The notes beneath the pieces are model-generated. The model ran no database searches and was not told the origin of the DNA. It saw only the letters and a list, made by a program, of their open reading frames with translations. Shown piece by piece: positions 47,793 through 60,754 of a stretch of DNA of 64,000 bases. Made by a program: the position numbers and the translations under genes. The first letter of the stretch is position 1, and every line of letters starts with the position of its first letter. Source of the DNA: Octopus vulgaris (taxonomy: Eukaryota); the NCBI GenBank assembly GCA_951406725.2, contig OX597827.1, forward strand, positions 53,134,001-53,198,000, read 5' to 3'.

Positions 47793-48123
47793 TTATTATT
47801 GTTATTATCATCACCATTACCATCACTATCATCATTATCGCCACCATTACCATCATCATTATCATCATCACCATCACCATCACCACCATCATCATCAATG
47901 ATATTGTTTTATGTGTAGTCACAGCAGTATCTTATTATTGTTATTTTTGTTTTTTTTTTATCATTATCACCATCACAGCAGTGTCTGTCTGTCTCGTTGG
48001 CTGGCTTGGTGGTTGGCTGGCTGACTGTCTTTTTTTTTTTTTTTTTTCTTTTTCTTTAGGTGCGGTCCTATCGGTCAAAAAAAGTTCAGATGTTTACTAC
48101 TATTAGGCTTAAGAAAAATTAAG

Positions 48124-49048
48124 GAAGGGCGGTTCTGTATTGTTTGTGAATAGAGAAGTTGTGTTCGACCAGAGAGAATCGTAGCATCATCATTTTTTTT
48201 TTTTTTTTTTTTTTCCACGTGCGTTTGTGTTATTGCAATAAAAAGTGTTTGTATATTTCCTGTAAGGTAATATTGTGGAGGTTGAAGTTGACTTTTCTAG
48301 AGATGTTTGTATGTCCAGTTAGAAGAACAGGTGTGTTTTTACAATAAAAAGTATATGTTTACATTTATATTTGAATATTCAGGGAGGAAGCAAAGAAAAG
48401 TCAGATTTTCATAGAAAGTTTTAGGGTTTTGTAAGTCCACAAAAAAGAAAAAAAAAAAAGAAAAGCGTGATGTTTTTAGAGAGAAGAAAAAAAAAGGATG
48501 TTTACAGAGGCAATTGTGGGTATCAAAGTTTTTAAAGCTGGTCGAATGTATGATTGAAAACTGTAGATATGTAAATTTGTAAATTTTCTTAACTTATTTT
48601 GAAGGGCTGTTCTGTATTATTTGTGAATAGAGAAGCTGTGTTCGACCAGAGAGAATCTTAGCATCATTATTTTTTCCATGTGCGTTTGTGTTATTGCAAT
48701 AAAAAATGTTTGTATATTTCGTGCAAGGTAATATTGTGGAGGTTGAAGTTGACCCCTCTAGAGATGTTTATATGTCCAGTTAGAGGAACAGGTGTGTTTT
48801 GCAATAAAGAGTATATGTTTACATTTATATTTGAATATTCTGGGAGGAAGCAAAGAAAAGTCAGATTTTCATAGAAAGTTTTAGGGTTTTGCAAGTCCAC
48901 AAAAAGAAAAGCGTGATATTTTTAGAGAGAAGAAAAAAAAAAGGGTGCTTACAGAGGCAGTTGTGGGTATTAAAGTTTTTAAGGCCGATCGGATGTGTTT
49001 GAAAGCTGCAGATATGTAAATTTGTAAATTTCTTAACCCACTTTGAAG
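48124..49048. repeat. Diverged tandem duplication, unit about 477 bp, two copies
   Basis: GAAGGGC..TTCTGTATT..GTTCGACCAGAGAGAATC starts at 48124 and 48601, and the copies are colinear throughout. Confidence 0.9.
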
Positions 49049-49069
49049 AGAATTTCAAATACTCACGAG

Positions 49070-49150
<81 letters not shown>

Positions 49151-49151
<1 letters not shown>

Positions 49152-50735
49152 ACTGGTCAGCAAGTATTTTTCATTAAGCATATGTCAAGATGTATTTAGT
49201 GTAGTTTTTAATGCTGATTTCAAATATACAATTTGTTTTTTGACATCACGTACAGCTTTCAGGATGAGGAAGTTTTTGGGTTTTAGCTCATGCATTATAT
49301 AGAAATTCCAGTTAATGACGTGTATGCATGTATTTCATTTACACCAAAGAAACATACCTTTAAAATAAATTATATTATTCATTGCTGCATAGTTCAGATG
49401 CAATATTTCATCATCTTAAACTAACCAATCATGTTTTGTCTGATGAAATAGGTATTTCAACATCTCAGATTATCCAGTCATAATTGATTTGATGAAATCT
49501 TTCATCATCTCAAATTCAGTATAAGTATAACCGTTTGTATATATTTCCTTACTTGTTTTACAGTGTTAACAATGTCAAGACAGTGTAGAAATCGTTCTGA
49601 TGTGGGTTTTTTTTATGTCTGAAGACAATTTATTGTGAAATGTCAAAAACGTACAATAACACCAATGATAAAGAAGATTTATATGCTATACTTTGACTGT
49701 CCCCTTGGAGATCAGGACAAGTTATGGGCACCACATTTTATCTGCTCAGCTTGCTGAAATGGATTTCATGACTGGTTCAATAATAATAAGTCCATGCCTT
49801 TTGCCATTTCAATGATATGGAGGGAGTCGAAAGTCCATTTTAATGACTTTTATTTTTGCAAAGTAAATATCAAGGATTTTCTATGAAGAATAAACACAAA
49901 ATAGTGTATCCCAATTTGGATTCTGCAATGAGACCTATGCTTCACAATGGAAGTCTACCAATTCCAGTTCCACCAGATGATGGTACTGAAACATCAGAGG
50001 ATGATGTTGTCTGTCACGATAGTGCTATTGAGGAAGATTACGTGGCCGATAACGATAGCTTTGAACCTCGGAAAATTTTCAAAGCTGAACTGAATAACCT
50101 TGTCAGAGACCTAACCCTCTCATAAGATAAAGCAGGACTGTTGGCATCAAGACCAAAGAAGTATCTGCTAGAGCACGGTGTTCGTACAACTTATTTTCGG
50201 TAGAGAAATGCGGTTCTACAAACGTGTTTTTTCTGTTGAAGGCCCGCTTTGCTTTTGCAGTAACATCGATAGACTTTTCGGATGTTTATCACAAAATCAT
50301 GATCCTACAGGGTAACGTTTGTTTATTGACTCTTCAGAACGAAGTTTAAAAGATGTACTTCTCCATAATAGTAATTTGAAGCCCTCCATTCTTATTGCAT
50401 ACTCCGTTCATCTTCATGAATCATATGAGAATATAGAACTTTTACTTCATGCCATTGCCTATGAAAGATACTCATGGAAAATATATGGCGATTTAAAAGT
50501 CATTGGAATGTTAATGGCAATGCAGTCAGGTTTCACAAAATATTGTTGTTTCTTGTGTCTATGGGATAGTCGGGCAACTGACAGACATTATTCGGAATCA
50601 AACTGGCAGACAAGAACATTATGCTAGCCAGGACTATCTAGCATCAAGAATACACCTCTTGTAGATCCATGTAATGTCCTATTTCCCCCTTTGCACACAA
50701 AGGGAGCAATAGGACATTACTTTGCGGCAGCGATC
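49151..50735 (+). mobile_element. Chapaev3-like DNA transposon, 3'-truncated
   Basis: Starts CACTGGTCAGCAA directly after (TTA)n. Transposase relic from about 49572: YFDCPLGDQDKLWAPHFIC, MPFAISMIWRE, LFIDSS..LLHN, GDLKVI..QSGFTKYCCFLCLWDSR, PPLH. Family assigned from motif recall. Confidence 0.72.
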
Positions 50736-51377
50736 TGCAGAAGCGTTGACCCCATAGTTGAAGAAAATAACGAAGCTGCTATACATTATCCAGTGGAGTT
50801 TTTAAATTCACAGACGCTTTCTGGGATGCTACCTCATATACAGACCTTGAAGAGGCATTCGATAGTCATGTTGCTAAGAAACCTGAACACATTGAGAGCT
50901 TTACTCAGTGGAACCCGGATCTTAGGGCTGTCCACCAAGGACATTTTCATTCATGGAAAAATACTTAGTGGAAGTAAGAAAGGAGAGGAGGTCTTTATTC
51001 CGCGCATCAACCTCCGTTCCAGTGAGACAATCCTTCCCTTTAGTATGAGTAGACAACAGCTTCCTGTTATCCCAGCATTTGCAATGACTATAAACAAATC
51101 ACAAGGGCAGAGCTTCAATAATGTTGGTATCATCCTACCATCACCAGTATTCAGCCATGGACAACTTTATGTTGCATTGAGTAGAAGTAGAAGTTGTAAT
51201 AACATTAAAATGTTGGTAAAGGACCGTCGAAAACAAGGCGAACTCATTGCTGGTAGGGTTTTCGCTAGGAACGTGGTGTTGAAGCAATTCCTGAGATAAC
51301 GGTTGTAATGTTTTAATTTTAATTTTATTTACCATATCGTTTTCATTCCATCATTTCTGACGGCACGGGTACACTAG
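50736..51377 (+). mobile_element. Helitron 3' end (PIF1-like helicase C-terminus)
   Basis: YPVEFLNS..VMLLRNL..FIPRI..AFAMTINKSQGQS..VFSHGQLYVALSR, stop at 51299. GC-rich patch then CTAG at 51374-51377. Confidence 0.88.
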
Positions 51378-51382
51378 CAATA

Positions 51383-51502
<120 letters not shown>

Positions 51503-51986
51503 GGGCTACAGCAAATATTCTGTCCAATACCACAGATTTGCTTGTCAGTTGTTTGACCTTAACCAGTTGAGCATGTCCCTTAGTGGCTGACGATATGTGC
51601 ATCTCTGATCACGAGTAGAATTAGTTGGGGAGCATCATAGCCATGTGTTGAGAGGGATTCTTTGAGGTTTGAATAAATCACCTCTGTAAACATGGATGTT
51701 TCATTCAACATCCTATAGAACCCTTATTCAGGGTCCTTTTGAGTGGGATGGGTTACTCGACCAGAAGAAAATTCTAACTGGGCACCACCTACAAGGTCAA
51801 GCGCTGTTTATCTTGATATGAGATCACCATGTCGCGCACATATGGTTGTGATGCATGTGCCTAGTGTACCCTTATCAGACGGGTAGTCATGATTGGTATA
51901 CTGGGCTTTGTATATTTTACCCCAGTGTCACTTTGATGGCATACCCTGCTCTTTCACTCAATAATACTAATAATTATTATTATTAA

Positions 51987-52155
51987 GGGGCGAACTGGTT
52001 GAATCGTTAGCACCCTAGGAAAAATGCTTTGTGGTATTTCGTCTGTCTTACCGTTCTAAGTTCAAATTCCACCAATGTCGACTTTGCCTATCATCCTTCG
52101 GGGTCGATGAAATAAGTACCAGTTACGAACTGGGTAGATATAGTCACTAGTCCCC
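51987..52155 (+). mobile_element. SINE family B, degenerate
   Basis: AAGTTCAAATTCC..GTCGACTTTGCCTATCATCCTTCGGGGTCGATGAAATAAGTACC. Confidence 0.78.
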
Positions 52156-52156
<1 letters not shown>

Positions 52157-52211
<55 letters not shown>

Positions 52212-55200
52212 ATATTCCGATTGAATTGCATCTTATTTCATCTTTTGACCGGGTCTCAATCAGAGACCTAAGACACGTATATATTAGAGGGAGAGAACCT
52301 TCCCGAGAATGTAGGCGCTTGATGTCAACACATTTTTTTGCATCTCATAGACTGTTGGTTTCCTAGGGATCTGGTCAAAAAAATTTGTCAGTACCTTTCT
52401 CGATCATTCTCAGGGCACCTACAACAACAGCGATGATTTTGGTTTTTAATTGCCACATCCTAGATATCTCAATCTGAAGGTCCTTATATTTCGCCAGTTT
52501 TGCAAATTCTTTTGCTGAGATGTTTCTATCAGTAAGTACTGTCATGTCAATTAACAGGCATGCTTTTTGCTTTAAGACTTTGATAACGTTGTCTGGTCGG
52601 TTAATATTTATATGGATGTCTGTATATATCTCATAATCCCACAGGATGGTAACATTCTCTCCCTCAGTGACTGGCTCTATATGGTGTTCATAGCAGTCCT
52701 TAGAATGGTTGATGCCATAGTGATGGCATATTATCCAGTGCAAGTATTGGCCAGCTCGACCATACCTGGTTTTATATTCTGTAGGGGCAAGGACTGAGCA
52801 ACCGGCAATAACATGGTCAATATTCTCAAGCATTGCAGAGTCTACACTTTGTGTGTACCTCATTGTGTGTAACGTTAGCTTGATAGTTCCGGGTCAGGAA
52901 ACTCTGGTTTTGTGCTGCTAGGATGAATCATTTGTTTTGGCTTTCAAACCAACATTCTGCAGCCACTGATGACTTCTGACATCTATGTCAGCTTACCCAG
53001 CTCGAGTGGGGTAATGTCCACAGTTTTGGTATTTCCTTCAATCTTTCCTGTTTGACTTTTGTTTTACAATTTTTTGCTGCCTCAGTGGCTGATATGTCCT
53101 CTTTATCATCGTTAAGCTCTCGTCTGTATTTATATGCTTCCATTGAGGTTGAGTGCAGTTTCTTAGTCTGTTCATGTTGCCTTACCAGCTGTATCATTTA
53201 GTCGGTGTTGCTTTGGATGTACACTTTAAGTCCTATCGTGATAATTTTATAGCACGTTTCAAGCTTGTTTAGACCTCTGCTGCCTTCCTTTTGTGGGAGA
53301 TAAAGCTTGTAGACGTCTGATTTTGGGTGGTGCATCCTGCTTAGTGCCAGCGGTTTCCTGGTTTTTAATGTCCACACACTGGAGATTACCCAGATTTCAA
53401 TTGATGACATTAAGGCTATACTGGACAACATTACCGCCAGGGTGTTTATAGTTGCAATTCTATTCTGAGAGTTCAGCTTAGTATTCCGGATCATTCTGAC
53501 ACGTCTAAAGTACTCTTTCCTGATGTTCTATTTCATTGATCCGTGTTGAATCCCTTTCCCTTCGTGTATCCCAAGATGCTTACAGGAACCTTCTTGGCTC
53601 AGGTTCTTGATAGATGTGTCATTGTCAAATTGGGTTGTTGTATTAGATGTTAATTTACCACGTTTGAACAAAGCTTTTGCGCACTTGTCAAGGTCAAATT
53701 CCAAACTGATTTCATTACTGAATTTTTTCACAGTTACTCGTAGCCCTTTCAGATCCTTGTCATATTTTGCATTTAACTTCAGATCATCCATGTAGAGAAA
53801 GTGTGACATGATCTTGTCAAACGTTTTGTAACCATTAGTTTGTTCTATTCAGCTCGTGAGACAAGGGAGTGAGGGTAACACAGCAGAGGAGAGGGGAGAG
53901 TGAATTGTCCCGGAATATTTCATGATCTATTCTGATGTTCTCTTTTGCGTGGTTGAGAAATAATTTTGTGTTCAACAGTCCCACACAATGCTTTTAAGAA
54001 AGTAGAGATCATGTATATATTTAGTGCCTTTAAAATCCAGCTGTGTGACACTGTCAAATGCCTTACAATAATCAATCCCTGCTGTGTTAAGATTTCGTTT
54101 TTGGATGAGCAATTTTGAGTATCTTACCGTTTTTTAATAGCTAGATTTTGCAGCCGTATGTGTTTCTTTTGCACCCTTTTTGTTCAAGAAGGATGTTGTT
54201 TTCATCGAGAAATTGATACATTCTTTCGGTGAGGTTGGATGTAAGTAATTTGTACATGGTGGTCAAACAAGTGATCAGTCTGTATTTTTTTTTGTGTCAT
54301 TCGTTTTTGTGGGTAGGTGAGGTATTCCTAATGTTAGCGAGCTTGGAGTCTTTTTGGAGTTTCTGATTATGCTAGAGAAACATTCCATTAACTGATGGTG
54401 TGACGATGAGAAGATATTAATCCGGAAGTTTGGGATTTTATCATGTTCAGGAGACTTCAACTTAGGTGCTTTGGATAGAACTTGAGTTATTTCCTGCATT
54501 GTAATATCGGTCCATTCCTGTTCATCAACGTTAGCCATTCCTCCTTCTCTCCCTGCCATTTCAGCTTCCTTGTTGAATTCCTTTTTATCGTTTCATATGC
54601 TTTTTCCAAAATGTCACTTTCATATCAGGCAAGTCGTTTACTTCGATCGACTGTTTCCCTAACTCTCAGTAGAATTTTTTTGCATCAGTTTTAAATATCT
54701 TAGTTTATTTGTAAAATTTGTTTTTCTTTTCATACCCGCGTAAGTTTTGGGCCTTAACCTGCATTTTTTGCTTAACTATCTCTTTTGCTCTCAGTACTTC
54801 ATTCACGTTTATCAGAGTGTATTTTCACTTTATCTTTCTAGCCATACTCATCTTTATATTATTTCTTTTGGAGAGTTCATCTAAGATCGATAGTTCCTGT
54901 CGGAAACTCGATTTCTTTATTTATGTGGTCTTTCCCCCTTGGGTATTCATGTGCTTTCTTGAGAGCCTTTTTCTTTGACTTGACGCCTATTTTCTTTGTG
55001 GCAGTAATAGCTGTTGAGTAGAAAAGATGTCTTAATGAGGTTAAATCTCAGGGCATAGTCATATATTTTGATCGTACTTTGATTTGATTTGGTGTTCTGA
55101 AACTTTGGTAGTTGATCTCTCACATTCATTTCTAGATGTTTAGAAATGCTTAGCTCTCTCAGGAAATCGTTTTTTGACTCAAGTATTCTCTCTCTATTGG

Positions 55201-55290
55201 CTTCAGCGAATGCCTCAGCCATTGCAGCTTCAGGTTCATTTTTACTTTCTGTCACTTCACAGTTAAGTCCGGTGATCTACTACTTCAGGT
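52157..55290 (-). mobile_element. Degraded R4/Dong-type LINE with (TAA)n tail
   Basis: ORF pieces KSPEHDKIPNF, LYMDDLKL, RMHHPKSD, DHVIAGC and RPD..LIDMTV. Tail at 52157-52212. Confidence 0.87.
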
Positions 55291-55464
55291 TCTAAGTTGC
55301 CTGCATGAAACTCATGTTCAGGGATGTTTCTATCAACAGGTTGGATGTCTTCCTGTTCATTATTGCCAGTACCTGCACCTTGCACGTCAGCTTGATTTTC
55401 TGGGATGGTAGTGGCATTATTTTTATCGTCTCTAATTCAGCTGGTATTAGGCAGTTATATCCCA

Positions 55465-56330
55465 TTTCCTCAGCCTACCCTCCATCCACCGTCACGTGAT
55501 TCCAGATATTTAAAAACACTCACCTCCTCTAACATCTCACTATTTATGCTCACATCCACCCTACCAGCCATTCCATCTCGCGAACACTTCATTACCTTAC
55601 ATTCAGTTTCTTTCTCTCACACACTCTTCCAAACTCTAACACCAGTCTCCTCAGTTGCTCTTTCGAATCCGCCAACAGTGCTGTATCATCAGCAAACAAC
55701 AACTGATTCACCTGCCATTTTCTACAAACCATTTGGTTCCCCTACCAAAGGTTCTAGCATTTACCTCTCTCAGCACACCATACATATATACTTGTGTTGT
55801 GAAAGGTATGCTGAGAGATAAAAGGTTGAGTATGAAAGCGAAAAGAGGTGTGTATGAGGGCGTGAGTGTGCCGACAAAGTTATATGGTGCAGAGACATGG
55901 TAGATGAGAGAGGGAGAAGGATGCAACCAGATGTGTTTGAGATGAGATGTTTGCGGGCTATAATTTGGTGTGACACGGATGGACAGCATGAGGAATGAGG
56001 AGGTGCGAAGACGAGCAGGAATGAGAGAAAAACTAACCACCAAAACGGATAGACGAATGTTGAGGTGGTTTAGCCACATGGAGATGATGGATGAGGTGCG
56101 GATGGTAAAGAGGGTTATAAAGGCAGAAGTGATAGGCAGCAGAACCAGAGGCAGACTGTTTTGTGTGGATGGATGGAGTGAAGAAAATCTTTGGTGGTTA
56201 GAGGTGTTAGAGTGAGAGTAGCAAGAGAATTTATAAATGATAGGAAAGCTTGGAGAGGGTTTGTAGATGGATGAGTGAATTTGATGTTGCTCAAAGGGGT
56301 ACGAAACCAGCATAATGGGGCAGAGTAAAC
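55465..56330. mobile_element. RTE-like LINE relic with an inverted 5' segment
   Basis: Minus strand 55792 to 55465: VYMYGVLREV..QLLFADDTALLADS..EEVSVFKYL. Plus strand from 55797: KRLSMKAK..LYGAETW..FEMRCLR..RNEEVRRR..RWFSHM..GSRTRGR. Confidence 0.85.
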
Positions 56331-57008
56331 CAGCATATGCCGTCGGGCCCCGCTGCTGATATTGGGGGTTGCGTTCTATGTCTTGACTCGAGTATAGAAC
56401 GAGGCTCGCCGCTTTGAGCTGTGAAATGAATGGAATGCCTAGTGAGTATCTTGTGGCAACCGCCTCCTAAAAAGTGGGGAATAGGCCTGGGTATATATAA
56501 AGACAATTAGACGGTTATTACACATGATGCGTACGTTGGCTAATTTGTTTGCATCAGTATAATCACGGGCACCATCTCTTATCATTTCTCTCCAGCTATT
56601 AAAAAACAATATTATTACTTCCTGGTTGGGTCAGTATTGTGCAGAATGCTGTCATGATTTGCTTATACTCCTCTCTTGTCCATATATTTTTAGAGTTTGT
56701 TTTATTTGGTGTTTATCTTAAGGAGTCGGGGTTGATTTCACGGTTCTGATTACCCTCAAGAACATTTTCAGAAGAGATTTTTTTCCCCAATTTCCAACTT
56801 GTCGGCTTCGGGTGATCCACACGACCAACGATGCGGTATAATCTGTTTCTTGTCTGATTTTACGTGAAGAATTAATTTTAACCTTACTACCATGGAGTGA
56901 TTTGCGTCACTACTCAAGACAGATTTGTTTCATCAAGCCCTCATTTGGATGTGCTGTACTGCACTGGTCATGAATACTATATTCACAACTCAGCAGCTGT
57001 GGGTTTTA

Positions 57009-57167
57009 CTTCTTCTTCTTTTTCTTCTTCTTCTTCTTCTTCTTCTTCTTCTTCTTCTTCTTCTTCTTCTTCTTCTTCTTCTTCTTCTTCTTCTTCTTCT
57101 TCTTCTTCTTCTCCTCCTCCTCCTCCTCCTCCTCCTCCTCCTTCTTCTTCTTCTTCTTCTTCTTCTT
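57009..57167. repeat. (TTC)n/(TCC)n microsatellite
   Basis: Read directly from the sequence. Confidence 0.97.
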
Positions 57168-57599
57168 AGATCGAATCGAAAAGCAAGCCATTTAACTGAT
57201 TGGCAAAGATTCAGTTACTGACATGTTTCAATCGCTAACATACTTGCTGTTTATTATATCGCTACTAGGGTGTCGCCTGATCCTCTGTACTTACTAGATT
57301 TATATGCTCCTTACTTTAGCACACATGACATAGTCGTCTTTCCCTCCCATCACTCTTACTGTGTTGCATCTCTCAGACCTCGCTCAAAGAACTCCAATCC
57401 TTCTTCACGATTGTAACGTTCTGGAATTCCTTTCCCGTGCACATTTTCCTTATACAAACTAAACAACGAGGAAGCGGCCGATATGTTATTCTTCTTCTAA
57501 TGGTAATATTATTAATGGTTATTCTCCCCTAATGGTAATATAGATGTGTCCAGCAATGATACCAAGTATCCTAATAATTGAACTGTCTCAGGGTTGTGT

Positions 57600-57790
57600 G
57601 CCAGGCAAAATGCTGAGCAGCATTTCGTCTGTCTTTATGTTCTGATTTCAAATTCTGCCGAGTTCGACTTTGCCTTTCATCCACTCAGTGTCGATAAAAT
57701 ATGTACCAGTGAAACACTGGGGTCGATGTAATTGACTAGTCTTGCCCCACCAAATTTCACGCCTTGAATCTTTAGAAGAAAGGGTTATTA
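57600..57790 (+). mobile_element. SINE family B (alternative tail)
   Basis: TTCAAATTCTGCCGAGTTCGACTTTGCCTTTCATCC..GTCGATAAA..CACTGGGGTCGATGTAAT. Confidence 0.78.
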
Positions 57791-58037
57791 GTATTATTAT
57801 ATGCAGAAATCTGTCTTCAAATTTCCAAAAGAAGAATAGACACAATACCTATCCCTTATAATCCCTGCTCTAGCTTGAAGAGTATATTGAGAGGAAGTTG
57901 GCACAACCAACCAACGGGGCAAATTTGTTTTTACTGAAACATGTTGGCCATTTTGTGGAGAAGGGATATTCGCCAAATAAATAGATTGAGTATACCGGTT
58001 GATATAAATCAATTTGGGATCTGAAATCACAGCGGAC

Positions 58038-58348
58038 ATGACTAGACTGAAACATTTTAAGGCATTTAGTTTGCCGCTCTTATTCTGTTTGTAAACCAAT
58101 AGCCTCATCATTCCTTCTAGCATTATTTTCGGTGTCTTCGTTTCTTGTTTCGTGAGTGAAAACGTGCAAGCGGAGGATTCTTCAACTCGTTCATCTTTTC
58201 TCTTTTCATTAGAACAAGCATGAACTATGGATTAAGTGAACATCAACTTTCTGAACTCGTCCTCCTGTCTCGAGAAACCGCCAACCAGCTTAAAGGAGAG
58301 AAAAATGTCGTATTCAGTGACAAACATGCAACTGCTATCATACTGGTA
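58038..58348 (+). CDS. Candidate first two coding exons of a secreted protein (58038-58090 and 58213-58348)
   Basis: TATAAA at 58003, ATG at 58038, weak donor GTAAAC at 58091, strong acceptor TCTTTTCTCTTTTCATTAG at 58212, donor GTAAGT at 58349. Phases are compatible. No homology recognised. Confidence 0.33.
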
Positions 58349-58414
58349 GTAAGTTGGAAGAAGTCACAAGACTAGCTTCCGCTGAAATTTTGTAAATTAG
58401 TTTTCGTTTTGCCA

Positions 58415-58725
58415 AAAACTGACACTCCGACGATTACGATGACGAGGGTTCCAGTTGCTCAAATCAACGGAACAATCTACTTGTGAAATTAACGTTCAGA
58501 CATACGTACCCATAATGTAGTTCACAGGGAGATTCAGCCTGACACAGAATGTGACGTTGCTGGTCATTTGAAATACAAGTACTACTCATTTTTGCCAGCT
58601 GAGTGGACTGGAGCAACATTGAATAAAAGTGCCTTGCTCAAGGATACAACATGCCGTCGGGAATCGAACTCACGAGCTTACGATCGTGAGCCGAATATCG
58701 TAACTACCAGGCTATGCGCGTTCAC
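58415..58725 (-). mobile_element. tRNA-derived SINE (family C)
   Basis: Minus strand TAGCCTGGTAG..GAGTTCGATTCCC..TCCTTGAGCAAGGCACTT..CTCCAGTCCACTCAGCTGGCAAAAATGAGTA. Confidence 0.75.
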
Positions 58726-59021
58726 GTTTTGCCGAACTAAAAACCCACAATGTAGTAAATAAAAAGGAACCCTATTCTTTACTTTTCCGAAATTATTGGG
58801 GAAGATGATTACATTTATCGATAGCTCAAATTAGAAATCGTTAATTGATGCCCTTAGTGCGCCAGTATGCGGACTAAATTAATATTTGTGTTCCGAATAA
58901 TTGTGCGTTTACAAAAATAATTTTAAACCAGTATTATAGATAATAGGAAAAATAAACAGCTAAAAAGAAATATTTATTACTACATGGATTCAATTGTTCA
59001 AGAAAATTTTTGGTATCTTCC

Positions 59022-59437
59022 ATTTCTTAGGAACAAGGCCCGAAATTTATGGGGAGATGGCCAGTCGATTACATCGACCACAGTACGCAACTGGTACTTA
59101 ATTTATCGACCCCGAAAGACAAAGTCAACCTCGGTGGAATTTGAACTCAGAATGTAAGGACAGGCGAAATACAGCTAAGCATTTCACCTGGAGCGCTAAT
59201 GTTTCTTATTTCTTTATTGCCCACAAGGGGCTAAACACAGAGGGGACAAACAAGGATAGAAAAAAGGGATTAAGTCGATTACATCGTCCCCAGTGAGTAA
59301 CTGGTACTTAATTTATCGACTCCGAAAGGATGAAAGGCAAAGTCGACCTCGGCGGAATTTGAACTCAGAACGTAAAAGACGAAATACTCATAAACATCTC
59401 GCCCGGCGTGCTAACGTTTCTACCAGCTCACCGCCTT
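59022..59437 (-). mobile_element. Tandem dimer of family B SINEs with different tails
   Basis: A full copy (59207-59437, Tx1-like tail) runs directly into a head-truncated copy (59022-59206, alternative tail). Confidence 0.82.
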
Positions 59438-60468
59438 GTATTATCCATTTATTGAATTGAGTTTTATTACTCAATGGGATGTAGCAAAAGCAAATGAAAA
59501 CCTTCTCTATGCAGTTTATGTAGTATAAAGCTCTGGATAATTTGAAGTTAAAAAAAATTAGGGAAAGTCATATGAAGTAAAATTTAATTTTCAATTAAAT
59601 TTGATTTCATCTAAAATGATTACAAGCAGGGCTTATAATTTTAACATTTTACGCTGCAATTTGTATTTGAATGGTATTGCAATTTGCATGTCTATAAATT
59701 TTTAATGAGAAATTCAAGAATGAGAAATTCAAACACTGTTTTGCATTCTGCGTGAAATCATTCTGAAACCAACTAATTCATGTGCGTGTTCATTGTGGTT
59801 CATCGGAATATATATTTCTGCTTATACACAAACACTTATGCAGACATACACTCATATCGTATATACAATCTACTCATTGCACCTAATTGCCTTTAGATGT
59901 TTATTGTCTTTCTATACAATCTATTCTGATATATAATGTTTAAGCTTGTGTGCATAATAGACAATGTGCAGTTTTTCGAAATGCATAAATTTGAAGAACA
60001 GGTTATTGAAGAATAAATTAATAGCTAGAAATTGGGTGTCTGTTTGTAACGCGGTGGGAAAGCAAGAAAAAAACAAGAATATCAGGCTTTCCCCCTCCAT
60101 ATCAGGAGAAAAAATTCCCATTGTAAAATTATTTAGCCACAGCGTGGGTTTTCACTTCAATAAGCTACCAGATATTGAAGCATAAGAACAGTGGATCACA
60201 TCTTGGGGGTGGTACTGTGTTCCGCTTGCCCTATGTAGGTAATGTTGAGCGGTCTCTACAACAAGAAGTTCTAGTATTGTGCAATATTAAGAAGTTATAA
60301 GATAATTTGTTGGATTTTTATATTGAATTATATTCTGTCGGTGACGCTTTGTACTGAGAAAATTTATCTATCGGCTGCATAACTCTAGAGAAACCAGGAA
60401 TTAAACATTTTATAGAGCCTACAAAATAACCCAGTATTTCTTGCAACTATGTTCTAAGGATAAATCAG

Positions 60469-60662
60469 TGTATGTATGTATGTATGTATGTATGTATGTA
60501 TGTATGTATGTATGTATGTATGTATGTATGTATGTATGCATGTATGTATGTATGTATGTATGTATGTATGTATGTATGTATGTATGTATGTATGTATGTA
60601 TGCATGCATGCATGCATGCATGCATGTGTGTATGTATGTATGTATGTATGTATGTATGTATG
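60469..60662. repeat. (TATG)n microsatellite
   Basis: Read directly from the sequence. Confidence 0.97.
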
Positions 60663-60754
60663 AGTACGTGTGTGTATGCATGCGTATGAGTATGTGTATG
60701 TGTGTGATTTCATGTATATATATATATGTATGTGTGAGTATATATGTATACATT

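Noticed and set aside
57797-58123. 108-aa minus-strand ORF with possible splice sites
   Set aside because: No recognisable domain, an in-frame stop shortly upstream, and better splice signals on the plus strand.
59950-60300. Possible Penelope-like linker relic (FRLPYVGNV)
   Set aside because: Only one short motif, with no RT or GIY-YIG motif nearby.
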